Shown: positions 40,020-53,030, numbered from the stretch's first letter. The stretch: DNA of 64,000 nt from Lama glama (GCA_028534125.1 CM052817.1:58654001-58718000), one strand, 5' to 3'. Notes: a model not told the origin generated them from the sequence alone. A program made the numbers and translations.

Positions 40020-41222
40020 TTTTTTGAATTGAGATATAGTTGATTTACAATGTTAGTTTCAGATGTACAGTATAGTGATTAAGTATTTTTGCAGATTATA
40101 TTATTATAGGTTATTACAAGATAATGGATGTAATTACCTGGGCTGCATAGTATGTCCATGTTGCTTATCTGTTTTACAGAGTTTGTATCTGTTAATCCCA
40201 TATACCTAACTTGTCCCTCGCCACTTCTCTCTTCCCTCTAGTAACCACACGTTCCTTCCCTATATCTGTGAGTCTGTTTTTTATATACATTCATTTGTCT
40301 GATTTTTTTAGATTCCATATGTAAGTGATATCATTATAGTATTTGTATTTACCTGACATTTCATTAAGCATAATATTCTCTAGGTCCATTTCTGTTCCTG
40401 TAAACGGCAGTGTTTCATTCTCTTTTATGGTTGAGTAATGTTCCATTGTGTGTATATACACCACATCTTCTTTATCTGTTCATCTGTTGATGGACATTTA
40501 GGTTGTTTCCATCCCTTGGCTATTGTAAATAGTGCTGCTTTGAACACTGGGGTGCATGTATCTTTTCAAATTAAGAGTTTTCTCTGGATATATGCCTAGG
40601 ACCGGTATTTCTGGATCATATGTTACCTCTATTTTTAGTTTTCTAAGAAACCTCCATACTGTTTACCATTGTGGCTGTACCAATTTACATTCCCACCAAC
40701 AGTGTAGAGGGTTCCTTTTTCTCCACACCCTCTCCAGCATTTTTTAACAGACGTTTTGAAGATGGCCATTCTGACGGGTGTGAAGTGATACCTTATTGTA
40801 GTTTTGATTTGTATTTCTGTAATAATTAGTGATGTTAAGCATTTTTTCATGTGCCTCTTGGCCATCTGTGTGTCTTCTTTAGAGAAATGTCTGTTTAGGT
40901 CTTCTGCCCATTTTTCAATCTTTTAAAAATATATATTGAGCTGCATAAACTGTTTGTATATTCTGGAAATTAATCCCTCGTCTTGTTTTTGATCTTGGAA
41001 TGCTTTCAGCTTCTCACTATTGAGTATGATATTACCTGTGGGTTTGTCATATATGGCCTTTATTATTATGTTGAGGTGTGTTCCCTCTATGCCCACTTTC
41101 TGGAGAGTTTTTATCATAAATGGATTTGAATTTTATCAAAAGTTTTTCTTCATCTGTAGAGGTGATATGGTTTTTATTCTTCTGCTTGTTAATGTGGGGT
41201 ATCACACTGATTGATTTGCAGG
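40020..41222 (-). mobile_element. Truncated LINE-1 with an internal ORF2 deletion
   Basis: 3'UTR at about 40020-40480. ORF2 C-terminal peptide ([15 protein letters not shown]...[11 protein letters not shown]) is joined directly to RT-region peptides ([49 protein letters not shown]). Confidence 0.93.
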
Positions 41223-41299
41223 TATTATTCATTACTAACGTTCAGCTTGAAATGTATAATGAAGTATTAAAGACTAGTGATGAAATAAAAAGGATAATA

Positions 41300-41520
41300 C
41301 AATAGTATACAGTGTTTTTCAAGTGCTCACCTAATCTCACTTCTTGTTTATAAAAACTCTGTAATGTAGTTTCTGTTATCATCCCAATTTAACTGATGAG
41401 AAAACTGAGGACTTGAGAGATAAAGTAACTTTCCCATCACACAAATGTAGTAAGTACTAAAGTTAGAATTTTAAACCCTGCAGTCTGACTCCTGAACTCA
41501 TGGTCTTAGCAACATACTGT
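41300..41520 (-). mobile_element. MIR SINE fossil
   Basis: ttatcatccc.attt.actgatgagaaaactgagg...agaga.aaagtaactt.ccca...cagtctgactcc. Confidence 0.8.
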
Positions 41521-41749
41521 CCTATTTTTCTGACCACGTTAGATTCAAAGATAGTTAAATTTTTAATGAATCTATTAGTATAATTGATGACAGAAGTAAC
41601 TTATTGGAGACAATTATAAATTGTTTCCGTATATCAGTAGAGATGTTATCAATAACAAACTTTTTATTAAAAAAACCCCATAAATCTTTATTTCCATATA
41701 AGCATGGTCACTACAGACAATACATTTAAATTCACTTTGGTTCTCACTA

Positions 41750-42560
41750 ATACTAATTTTCATACCTACAGTGTACCAGGAATAGTGTACTTGAGTTGCA
41801 TAAAGAGTTAAAAGATGGGGAAAGATAGTAATTCTGCCTACACTAAGAACAAAGGATCTCTGAAGGATAAATGAAAGACAAGTGAAGAAAGTCTAAGGGG
41901 TTTTTTCAGGCAGAAAGAATAGCAAATCTACGTTGTTCTAAAATAGCCAGACATACATGAGGAACTAAAAATACTTTCGTGTTAATGGAGAGAAGTGCGA
42001 GTGGAGAGTGGCAGAGACGAAGCAGGGAAGGAGGCAGGTGCCAGTTAGCAGAGAGCCTTCTGTCATCCTGTCACAGTGAAGTGCTTTGGCTTCATGCTAT
42101 GGAGACTATTTGAAGCCATTTCCTTTTTTCAGGTGGCTTATATCTGAAGGCTATAGGGTGAAATAAAACAAAGAGATTGAAATAATGCAGGAAGTTTGGC
42201 AAGAGCCTTAAGAGGACAATTGGAGGGTAGGGAATGCATTTAAGAATTGTTGATGAGTTAAAATCATCAGATTAGTGACAAGTTAGAGAGAAATATAAGG
42301 TGACCTCTAATATGTAAAGTGACTGGGTGACATGTGAAGCTATTTCTGATAGTCAGAAATTAGGAGGCAGAGCCAGTAAGAGAATGGAGGAGACTGATGC
42401 TTTGATCATGTTTATTTTTAAGCATCTAACAGACCTCCAGGTAGCTATCTCCAAATACAGATAGACATAGATGACTGCAACTCTAGGGAGAGGTCAGCAC
42501 AATGCACTTGGAAGTTGGAAACCCACAGGTGGTACTGAAACCATGCAAAGAACATTAAAA
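41750..42560 (-). mobile_element. L2 fossil
   Basis: Purine-rich degenerate L2 pattern (caggcagaaagaatagcaa, tgaggaact, tttgatcatgtt, ctagggagaggtcag). Confidence 0.55.
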
Positions 42561-44288
42561 AGGATTTTGCAGGGCATAGTATTTGACATGTAGTAATTTT
42601 TCAACAAATAACTTTGGAGAAATTAAATCAAGCAAGGTGTGATGTCTCAAAAAAAATGAAAGAATAGCACTCTTAGGGGCAAGAAGAAGCACTCATGTTT
42701 GGGGGGGCATATAATATATTCATCTGAATCTGTCTATGGTCATATACCATAGGAGCTAAAATTATATTGTCTCCTGGAAAGCATCAAATTACATTGATTG
42801 ACTCTAGGTAGAGAGGGAGGTAAGTTGGATAGCTGTATAGAGGACTGTGACAGTATTTGTTTAAAAAGAAAAAAAATAAAGAAAAAGGAAAACACACTAA
42901 AATCTGACAAAGATGATTAGTTCATAGTACATGCTATTTTTAATTAATGCTTAAACTATTTTCTGATAACTTTTACTAAAGGACAACTGGAAAATGTGGG
43001 GCAGAGTAAGTGTCAGCTATACTTTGTAAAACCTGAGCTTGAAGGTAAAAAGATGAAGAGGGAGTGAGAGTGGACTCAAGGAGAGTTTTTTTGTTTTGTT
43101 TTTTTAAGATAGAGGTTTCAGCATTTTACATATTAAAGAATAAGGCTGATAGAGACAGGCCGTTTTTGAGCTATAGCTTGAGATTAGAGAATGTTTCAAC
43201 ACTATAGGTGTGAAGTCAGAAATGAGGAAATTCATATCATTCTGTATGTGTGTCCTTCAAATTCCATTACAATAAAGCCAGAACTTTCATATTTTTAATG
43301 TATGCCTTAGCGTGCTAAAAGCATAAACTCATTTTATCTAGTTCTGCATTGCAATAAAGAACTAAAGGGAAAATGTGATACTTCTTAGATGACATCATTT
43401 GAGAAATTATAGTCAGACAGTCACATAATCTTTTTCCCAGAGGAAGTGAGTGACCATGAGACTTGCACAGACTGCTGTGTATTTGTATTTTAAAGCATCA
43501 TCACATGCTTGCAGTACTCTCCGTAATATAGAGCCATTACCACAACAAACTGGAAGGAGATTACCTGCTGAAAGAATAGGAAGGAAAATGTGTTCGCTAG
43601 CATACAATTTTATATATGAATATTGAGGGCTGTTGAAAAGATAATATAATGGAAGTTACAGAAGTGTCACAGGATGGTCAGGGAGAACTTATTTATAATT
43701 ATTAATAAATCAATTTATTAATTTATATATAGAATTTCTTAATGACTTCAAGAGTTAATATTTCAGATAGAATATAATTGCCTTTGACCTGTCCTGTATA
43801 AAGCAACTATTGTGATTTTTGTGAATCAGGAATTCTTTTAGGATTTGGAACCATTTCACTGGAAGTACCTTCTACTTTTTGCCAGATTCATCTTGCATTT
43901 GGAGGTGGTTTTTCATTCCTTAGAAAATATTAAATAATTTTTCTGAGAAGCATTCTTAGCACTCAGGGCACTGTTAAGTGTGTGTTAGAACAGTAACGGA
44001 GTTGAGGAAAAGATGACAGTGATAGGAGATAGTACTTGAGAAAAACTATGCTCAATGGAAAAAGATGGCTTTACAACCATCTCCTGAATAAGAGTAAGTC
44101 TCCTTGTGAAATGCCAAATTTATTGAATGCTTAAATCACATTATCAAGTGTCAGGACAAATCTGCCAAAGGAGAGAGAATTCAGCTGCCATTATTACTAA
44201 TCCCGTTACCACAAATCCCTTGTTCCATATTCTTTTCATCTGCAGTGTCTTTTCCAGATCATTATACTAGTTTTCTTTTCTCAGTCCT

Positions 44289-44740
44289 GTTGCTGGATCC
44301 TACACCTCTGTGTCTTGGTATTAGTTCATCTTGGACAAGCTGCTTTGAACTCCCTGACCCCACAACAGCTGCTCTCCATTGCTGTTTTCCAATGCCTTTT
44401 GCCTCTCTGCATTAAGCTCAGATGTGAGCTCGACAGTTTTACTAGTCCGTCGGGCTTGAAAGTCCTGGCTGCTGTTACAGCATCGCTGGGATTCAAATTT
44501 CAAGGGTATGAGTTCCCTTCACCTTTTGAGTTTGTAAACTGGAGCTATCCTTGGCAGAATTCTGACCTAGGCAAAAATAACTCATGGTACCTCCCACTTA
44601 GAGATGTGGGCTCCTTGTAATCCTCTTACCTCTTCCTGCTTTCAGTCTCTTTTAACTCCATCTTTCAAGCATATGTTTTCTGATTCAGGCTCAGTCTGAC
44701 TTGCTGTGGAAGAAATTCATCTCATGTTCTCAAATACAGT
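44289..44740. mobile_element. Possible old LTR remnant (ERVL/MaLR, family unresolved)
   Basis: About 450 bp, more GC-rich than its flanks, begins TGT and ends ...aataca; no TSD found. Confidence 0.3.
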
Positions 44741-44959
44741 AATGACCAGTCTAAGGCAGCTACCTCCTCTCAACCCAGAAATGCCTGTCAGTTTTAGTGA
44801 AAAATTTTAAACATCGGTGGGGAAGACATTTTTGTTTAGCAGAATTTTATATATTTATGCAACGGTAAAAGACAGTTGCCTGTTGTTAATTTGCAAGATC
44901 TTTATCTCTAAACTGTTATCTTTGAGGTTAGTAATAACTATTAATTACTGGTAAAAATG

Positions 44960-45120
44960 ATAATAATAACATTGGGAAGTTGTGTACTAGATTTTCTTCT
45001 CATTTAACCTCAGAACAACTCTATGCTGTAATTTATGATTATCCTCATTTTACTGATCAAAAAGTTGAGATGCAAAAAGGTTTATAAATTTCCCCAAAGT
45101 CACCTGACAAAGAATGATGC
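44960..45120 (-). mobile_element. MIR fragment
   Basis: tctcatttaacctcagaacaactctatg...attatcctcattttactgat.aaaaa.ttgag. Confidence 0.7.
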
Positions 45121-47379
45121 TACAGAGCTCTCATTCTTATTTGTAGTGAAGCTACCATTATAAACGGTAGTCCTTAAAACTACTATGTCTACTGAGTTGA
45201 GAGAAAATGAAGGCTGTTCTGAACTCATTGACTCGTAGGTTCAGAAATTTTGAGTATTCTCTAGCTCAGCTACTGCTCCTGGTTTTAGTTATCCAACAAG
45301 TATCACCCACAATGAAACTACTCAGAAGAAGTGAGATCAATAGACTTCCCAAATGAAAACATTTAAATAAGGAGGTTAAAAATTAAGAATAGTTAAACAC
45401 ATACAGATATAAATATCCCTAAATGGTGTAGGATATAAAACTTATACAAATGGTTGCACAGTACAGGATACAAAATGCTCCCAGATGGAGGTAGGACTTC
45501 CCAGATACAAGCCACTAAGTGGTTGAGAATACTGCCAGCACTGAATGATGATTCTGCAAGGAACAGAAATGTGTCTTTATCATTCCTAGGAAGGGCATGG
45601 AGAGACAGACAGAGGGAGATGGAGGGACAGAGACTGACAAACGAGCAGCAGAGGGAAGGAGATTGTGCACAAAGCTGAGCAAAATGACTCCAGTGCATTG
45701 TTGTAACTGGGTAAATTGAAGGTTAACTTCTTGGATGTTTTGTTGCAGAGATTAAGCCAGTTTAAAGTTCATTCTTACACCATTTCTCTCTATTCTGAAA
45801 AAATATACATTTACACATTCAGGAACCTCTTAGAACATTCCAAATTTTTAGAATATCCGAAAGAGGCATCAAATTTAATTTGGGAGAGGGAAGAAAAAAG
45901 GCATACCAGTTAGGGATCAATGAGGACAGGGACTAACACAGCCCTTCAAGGGACATGGGGATTTTACAATGATGAGAAAGCAGAAATACAGTGTGGGCAG
46001 TGAAGAATAAATTAGAAAGAGCCAACATAAAAAAACAAATGTAAAGGCAAATTAAATAAGAGTAAATTGAGGTCATATAGTTTCAGGCCCTGGAGGATAC
46101 ATAATTATATTGATGATACTAAATATACAACCATCCTTATTTACAATTTTCTTTATCGTTGTCTTGAAAAGAATTTAATCCAACTGTGTATTAAGCAATT
46201 ACTGAATTACATTTGAATTCAAAAAGTTAAGTTGTAATAGCAATGAAAAGCCACTACCTATACATTACATGTGAAATATTTAAAAATTAAAGAGGAAAAC
46301 AATTTTACATCCCTAATTCATCACATACTTCATTACTGGCTTATTCTACCCTTTATACTTTTGTATTAAGTGCCCTTGATTTAGCTATACTTTGAAAGGG
46401 CAAGAGTAGAAAGAATAATAAGTAAGCAATAAAAAATTCAGAGCAGCTATCTTATCTTTCTATTTTTTGAAAATATAATAGAAACTTCACTTGGGCAAAG
46501 AGCATTGTTTTATATTTTACCATTTGGTCTCTGTTGCTTATCACAAAAATCAGGATTTGGCACTATTTTTAAATGAGTAAAACAAAACATTTGAGGTTTA
46601 TACTTTAACTGATTAAATTGGAAAAAGAATCATTTGTAACTTTGAGGAATTCTTTAGCATTTTTATATCTTTTCATTCAAAATTGAGTTAAGTTCTTTGA
46701 AAATGAGCTTAAGAAACCCAAGTAGAAAAAATATGACTTTGAGATGAAAGTGTCTCGGAACAGATGTTCTCAGTTTTCTACTCAGAATAGTATCTCTACT
46801 GTAGCTTTGCTAAATATTTATAGATTTATATTGTGCAGTTGTTTAATCCTCCTTTTCAGGACCAATAAATAGTTATCAAAATTCATATGTTTTCATTTTC
46901 ATTTGATTAGTAATTTTATACATGAAATAATAGAAATATTTCAAAAACTCAAATTGTTATTAGTGTTAAATAGCAGTGTCACACATTTTAATAAGATACA
47001 CTTGTACGTATTTGTGCAAATATAATTTTTGGAATCTTATTGAAAAAATGTCCCTCAAAACTAGCTTTTCCTTATTTGAAATGACTAGCTCAGGGTGTAG
47101 ATAGCATAAAATACAAAAGTACATTAGCTCAAAAATGGGCATGTAAACAACTTTAATTTATTAATGATGCACAAGAGTAAATATTGCAATATGAAGAAAC
47201 CCACTGTAATAATTTCCATTTTGCTCAATGCCAAACTCTTAATCTTTTTAGAATTAAAAAACAAAAGAGTAGATTGCCTGCAAGTACTCTGTGGAGAAAT
47301 ACTGTTTAAATAATCCACAAAAATAGTGCTTACAAAAAATAAATAAATCTAGGTCATTAATATAAAGCGTTGTCATTGA

Positions 47380-47500
47380 AAGCGATCTGATGTGGACTAG
47401 TGGAGATCTAGATTCTGGTTTTTTGTTTGCCATTTACTAGATTTGTGACTCTGGGAAATATATTTCACCTTTCCGGGCTTCAGATGCCACATATCTTCAA
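47380..47500 (+). mobile_element. MIR fragment
   Basis: ggagatctagattctggt...tgccatttactag..tgtgactctggg...cacctttccgggcttcag. Confidence 0.6.
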
Positions 47501-47531
47501 GAATTAGACTCTAAGGCTTTCTTAGATAAAC

Positions 47532-47983
47532 TGTAGCAAGTGCTGCCAGTCCTCTGCCCATGTCCTCTGAGATTTCTTTACTAATGTGCACGTATACGCA
47601 CGCAGCATGAGCTCCAGATGAATGTTTGCTCTCAGCAGCCTCAACTGTCTTTGTGAGCTGTCCTTAGGTTCAGGCCTGCTTTACTTGCAGGTCAAACCTC
47701 CCTTAACCAATGACTTACCTATGTCTACACCCCAGCTCCATATCACTAACTACTCCTTTGCCCTTGGATGGGGACAGTATCATGATGAGACTTCCCCTCT
47801 CTCCAGCATTTTCTTTTGAGATGGAGCCAAAACAACCCTCTGAGACCTGGAAGCTGTACTTTTGGATGTACTTCTTCCCTTCCTTTTCCAATTTCCTCCC
47901 TCTTCTATGTTTCCTGGGAGCATTGCCTAATAAATCAATTTCAGAGGAATTCTCGAGTCAATTTCTGGATATCACAAGCAACA
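47532..47983 (+). mobile_element. ERVL LTR16-like solo LTR
   Basis: TG start. caaacctcccttaaccaatgac...caccccagctcc...cccttggatggggaca; ttcctgggagca.t.cctAATAAAtca (AATAAA 47929-47934). CA end. Confidence 0.7.
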
Positions 47984-49663
47984 ATAATCTTTTTAAAAAA
48001 TTAATATATAATTGACATATAACATTCCAAACTATAATATTCTGATTTCATTTTGTTTTGGTTTGACATTGGTTTAAATGAACTTTGTCTAATGGCTGGC
48101 GTTGCATAATGCGTGTGATCTAAGAAATACATTGCAAGAACTACTGCACCAACATTGGTGCAGGAAACAAATTAGTATAAATGTTACTATAAATACAAAT
48201 ATAATAACATGATAATATAGTTACTTTACAAAATAAACTACTATACATGTTTTTTATTTTTATCAATGACTATATGAAAATTTGGGGGTATCATTGCTAT
48301 CTGTAAACCACTAGCATGATTTCATATAAATCAGGTATTTCCCAAGTAAACTTAAAAGCCTAGCAAAAAATGTAATCTCTTTTGAGAGTAAAATGGAAAA
48401 AAAACAAAAACAAAAGCAAATAGAAAAATCATACTAAAATAAGTAAAATCTCAGTGAATTGGACACTCTTACATGTGGAATTAAAATATAGAATTAACAT
48501 AGTATACCGAGATTTAGGCCTACTTTAGGTGAAAAGATGTTAAATGACTAATCAAACATATATATGCATGTAATTCTAATGTCAGTAAACTAAAAGATGG
48601 GTTCTATTTTGTGTCATAGTTTTACTTTTAAAATCAAAATAAAACTTTAAAAAATACTACTTACATGGTACTGGTAATAAATACATGTATAATTTTTCAA
48701 AGTTACTTAGAAAGCTTTAAGAATACTAGTGTGGAAGTACGTGTTATTTAATGATAAAAGAAATTGCCTTTGATAAAGACTAATGGTTTTAATCAGATAA
48801 TAATACAAAATCTTTTAAAGATTAAAAATATTTCTGAGGGGAAGGACCTCTGCTGTATGGTAATGTATCAATATACTTTTTGTCTTACAACTAGCAAGTA
48901 AAATAAGAAGAAAAATTATCACAATTGGTTAACTTGGCACTTATTTTCCCTATTTGACAGTCATTTCCCTTCGATTCAACCTGAGAGCGAGGTTTTGTCT
49001 GAAAAAATATATAGTTTAATGTTAATAGCATGTTCCCTATTATTTTGTTGATGAATAACGAAATACTGCTCTAAAATTTCACAGTTTGGCATATATAATT
49101 GTGACAGATCTTTGAAGTACTTAAATGCTATCTGGAGATGGAATATCACCACACTCTGTATTACACTGCTACACAGACTTCATTCTTGTAATGACAGACT
49201 ATCTTCTCTGCCTTCTTCATTTGATTGCAAGTAGCCTGCTTGAGGAATGTGTATCGCCTAATAAACAAATGAAAACTTACTTGTTGGTTTTATCTTATTA
49301 AATATGTTCTCTTAGATTTTAAATAAAACCATCTGAAAAGATATTTCATTACTGTCTTAGAATCTAAAGATGAGAACTTACTTACAGGGTAGTTTCCTTT
49401 GTAATTAGGCTAAGAAAGTATGGTTGTCCTGTTATATTTTTACTGGAAGGAGAATTTTAATTATAAATTTATCTTTACTAGCCACCTCCTCTTATATTAT
49501 TTCTTGTTTTTCCCTTTTTATCTTTTTTTTAACATTTTTTATTGATTTATAATCATTTTACAATGTTGTGTCAAATTCCAGTGTTCAGCACAATTTTTCA
49601 GTCATTCATGGACATATACACACTCATTGTCACATTTTTTTTCTCTGTGATTTATCATAACAT

Positions 49664-50163
49664 NNNNNNNNNNNNNNNNNNNNNNNNNNNNNNNNNNNNN
49701 NNNNNNNNNNNNNNNNNNNNNNNNNNNNNNNNNNNNNNNNNNNNNNNNNNNNNNNNNNNNNNNNNNNNNNNNNNNNNNNNNNNNNNNNNNNNNNNNNNNN
49801 NNNNNNNNNNNNNNNNNNNNNNNNNNNNNNNNNNNNNNNNNNNNNNNNNNNNNNNNNNNNNNNNNNNNNNNNNNNNNNNNNNNNNNNNNNNNNNNNNNNN
49901 NNNNNNNNNNNNNNNNNNNNNNNNNNNNNNNNNNNNNNNNNNNNNNNNNNNNNNNNNNNNNNNNNNNNNNNNNNNNNNNNNNNNNNNNNNNNNNNNNNNN
50001 NNNNNNNNNNNNNNNNNNNNNNNNNNNNNNNNNNNNNNNNNNNNNNNNNNNNNNNNNNNNNNNNNNNNNNNNNNNNNNNNNNNNNNNNNNNNNNNNNNNN
50101 NNNNNNNNNNNNNNNNNNNNNNNNNNNNNNNNNNNNNNNNNNNNNNNNNNNNNNNNNNNNNNN
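49664..50163. other. Assembly gap (500 N)
   Basis: Run of n. Confidence 1.
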
Positions 50164-50301
50164 TTCCTTCAGCAGTTTGATCACTCCTTTTTTGAAATCT
50201 TGATCTTGTAGGCTATCGATGTCTATTTCATTGATCTTTCTTTCAGGGGATTCCTCTTGTTCTTTTAATTGGGAAAGGTTTCTCTGCTTCATCTTGCTCA
50301 T
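50164..50301 (-). CDS. LINE-1 ORF1p N-terminus (partial, runs into the gap)
   Basis: MSKMKQRNLSQLKEQEESPERKINEIDIDSLQDQDFKKGVIKLLKE; typical laurasiatherian ORF1p start, directly after the L1 5'UTR. Confidence 0.85.
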
Positions 50302-50769
50302 ACCTCTCTGGCACTGTGGTTTATGGAGTATCAGTTGTCTATTTTGGATCTTAAGGATTTTATCTATCTAATGCCTATTTATGAATAGAACTTAGGAAAA
50401 AAAAGAAAGAAAGAATAAGAGAGAGAGAGAAAGATTTTTAAAAGAAGGGAGAAAGAGGGTTTGAAAACAGTGTATAATGAATAATAGAAGAGTGAGTTGA
50501 AGCAGAATATTAATCAGGTTGAGACGTCCTTTTAAAACCTTAAAAAAAAAAGAAAAAGAAAAAAAAAGGGGTGGGGAGATGAAGAGATGTATTTGAAGCC
50601 TGTGTCTAATCAATAACAGGACATCGAAACCCAAGAGAAATAGAAATGAATTAAGAAGTAAAAATTAAGAGAGTAATTGAAAATAGAACAGGTAAAAACA
50701 GATTTAAGAACAAAACAAAAAACAAACAAAAAAAAACAAAAACAAAAAACAAAACAAAAAAAAAAGGGG

Positions 50770-52056
50770 GGTTGTCGGTGTTCTCCTGGAGTCTGTGTGC
50801 TTTTAATTTGAAGTCCTTCTGTCTTCGTCCTGTTTTGGAAGCTCAGCTTGCTGTTTTCATAGGCCCTCCGTTGGCGCCCTCTTCTGTGCTGCTCCCAGCA
50901 CCTGTTGGCAAGCAGATCGCGCCTCCTCCTAACACGGGGTCAGGTGCAGCTCTCCTCTGTTGTGGGCGGGCGGGTCACTGCCCCTCTGGATGCCACAGTC
51001 TGATGTTGCAGACTGGCCTAGCAGGAGGGCGGGTCGTGCCCCTCCCAGCACCTCGGTCAGCGGCTGTGTTCCTGCCCGACAGGCGGGGGGGCCGCTCTCC
51101 CTCTGCCTGCGCGCCCTGGTAGCTCCTCTGCTCTGTGAGGCTGCGCGCTCCGCCCTGGTCGCGCTCCGCCCTGGCCGCGCTCCGCGGGTGGGCTCGGGGA
51201 AGACCGAGGGGCAGCCTAGTCCCTGCTCCGAGCCAAGACCCAGCTCCTTGTTTGTCTTTGTGGAGCAAGTTCTCTGAGGGACCAGGATGGAAGGCTCCCA
51301 CCTGCCCCGGGCTGTATGCCCATCTCAGTCTGGCCCTTGAGGCTGCTGAGCCCTTCGGTGCGGATGCAGGTTTCACCCCTGCCCCCGCCTGGGTGCTCAG
51401 CGCTGGAGGATATGGCGTCTGTGCCTAAGCCCCGCCTCTCTTCCCCTGAAAAGTTTCCGCGGGTTTTCAGAGATGGGGGTATGCACCCTTCCCCCGAGAG
51501 CACATCAGCCTTGCTGTTTTATGGAGGGCCCAGGTTGTTCTGTCCTGTGCACCCACAGCCACGGCGCCCAGCCCCTCGCAGTCCCCCGGAGCTGCCTCCG
51601 TGCAGCCGCCCCCGTCGTCCGCCCGGCTTGTGCAGCCTGGCCCTGCCCGCCGCTGCCGGCCCGCGTCTCAGGCTGGGTGTCGGGGGGACGCTCTGTGCCC
51701 GTTTAACTTAGTTCTGTCAGACAAGGGGTGCTTTGTACAGATCCGAGCCTTGGAGGCTCCCCCTCTGTCCCGCTGGCCTCTCAATTGGAGAGGGGAGACC
51801 CAGCGAGCGAGCGCCAGTCCTCCTTTGCCGCTCCCTCCCCGCGGGACCCGTCCTGCGCTGCTTTGCCTTTTGTTCTTTCTTTTTTCCTTTTCTCCTACCA
51901 GATTTTTGGCGTCTTTATCTTTCAAAGAGGGCGATGTTCTGTCGGAGTTCCGCAGGTGCTCTGGTTGGCTGAGTGAGTCTGTAGATGTGCGTCTTGGTGT
52001 ACTTGTGGGAAATGGTGACTTACAAGCGTCCTTCTCCTCCGCCATCTTGCCTCTTC
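50770..52056 (-). promoter_or_regulatory. CpG-island-like L1 5'UTR internal promoter with YY1 site (52039-52048)
   Basis: The only long GC/CpG-rich block in the window; ccgccatctt is the YY1 motif at the L1 5' terminus. Confidence 0.85.
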
Positions 52057-52250
52057 TCCCTTTTTCTCTTTTATTCTTCTACTTTGACAGAATCAGGACT
52101 GTGTGTATAAATCGCTTGTAAAGTTATGTAAAGTTGCAAACTATCCCAAAGGAGGACTTTGTTTACTTGCTCCTCAGAAATTGTTACTCCAACTTTCTCT
52201 TGGTTTGTATTTATCAGCTATGTTTTCAATTTTTTTGACTTTGTGACTGG

Positions 52251-52503
52251 CTTTTTCTTTTTTTTTAATTTGCATTTTTAATTGAAATACAGTCAGCTTA
52301 CAATGTCATGTGAATTTTTGGTGTACAGCATAATGTTTCAGTCTTACATATACATACATATATTTGTTTTCATATTCTTTTTTATTATATTCACTTTCAT
52401 ATTCTTTTCATTTTTAAATATAGTTCCCTGTGCTATACAGTATAAACTTGTTCTTTATTTTATATATAGTAGTTAGTATTTGCAAATCTCAAACTCCCAA
52501 TTT
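52251..52503 (-). mobile_element. Short 5'-truncated camelid-type L1 3'UTR fragment
   Basis: T-tract, then attgaaatacagtcag.ttacaatgt...ggtgtacagcataatgt..cagtc...tatagttccctgtgctatacag...tttgcaaatctcaaactcccaattt. Confidence 0.88.
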
Positions 52504-52509
52504 AGTGTT

Positions 52510-53030
52510 TTTATTTCAATATGTCATTTTTGTTTTTGCATACAACATATTGTTGGATCTAATTTTTATTCAACTTATGGGCCTTTGTCTTTTATGTGGT
52601 TAGTTCAATACATTTTCATTTGTTTTAATTTCTTTTTAAGATTTAATTTTGCCATCATTTATCTTGTTTCTCCTTTCTTGTACTTTTTGTACTGTTTTAA
52701 AGAAAATTCTGTAAAATTCTTTGTTATTTAAAAATTATATAGGCCAATTTATTTTTCTTAAGAAACATATATGGAATAATTACTTCTTAAGTGTGTTAAT
52801 GACTGTATCTTCCATCTTACAAAAGAAGCACATTAATATACCCCATGTCTTTTGTTCTCCTTACTTACCACTGTATACTAATACCTGGAATATTATTTTT
52901 GGTAACATAAACTTTCTCTTCTTTCATTTCCTTCCTTCCATGTATTATAGTATATTTACTTAAAATTATTTAATTATCTATATTAATACTGTGCTTCAGA
53001 AACATTATTTTGTCCAGTTCATTGTTTATC
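52510..53030 (-). mobile_element. Old L1M fragment (highly degenerate)
   Basis: T-rich; ttttgcatacaacatattgttggatct...tttttattca resembles the start of ancient L1 ORF2. Confidence 0.45.

Larger units (their letters stand above)
49525..52056 (-). mobile_element. Young, probably full-length LINE-1 with its interior hidden by the assembly gap
   Basis: T-tract and 3'UTR at 49521-49663, ORF1 start at 50301, and a 5'UTR of about 1.75 kb whose 5' end carries the YY1 site AAGATGGCGG. Candidate TSD tccctttttatctttt (49511-49526) / tccctttttctctttt (52057-52072), 15/16 identical. Confidence 0.88.

Noticed and set aside
43701..43722. AT-rich palindrome attaataaat-ca-atttattaat
   Set aside because: Expected by chance in very AT-rich DNA; no associated element.
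48144..48163. Palindrome ctgcaccaa-ca-ttggtgcag
   Set aside because: 9-bp arms are too short for a pre-miRNA or MITE, and one such hit in 64 kb is not remarkable.
49280..49331. Minus-strand AG...GTAAGT bounded segment
   Set aside because: All three frames contain stops and there is no other support.
49542..50301. 212-aa and 223-aa ORFs
   Set aside because: Artefacts of translating through Ns; only the 46-aa ORF1 start is real.
50772..52121. Cluster of Pro/Ala/Arg-rich ORFs and CpG island as a host gene promoter or first exon
   Set aside because: Lies inside the L1 5'UTR, between the ORF1 start and the YY1-bearing terminus; stop codons are rare in GC-rich DNA.
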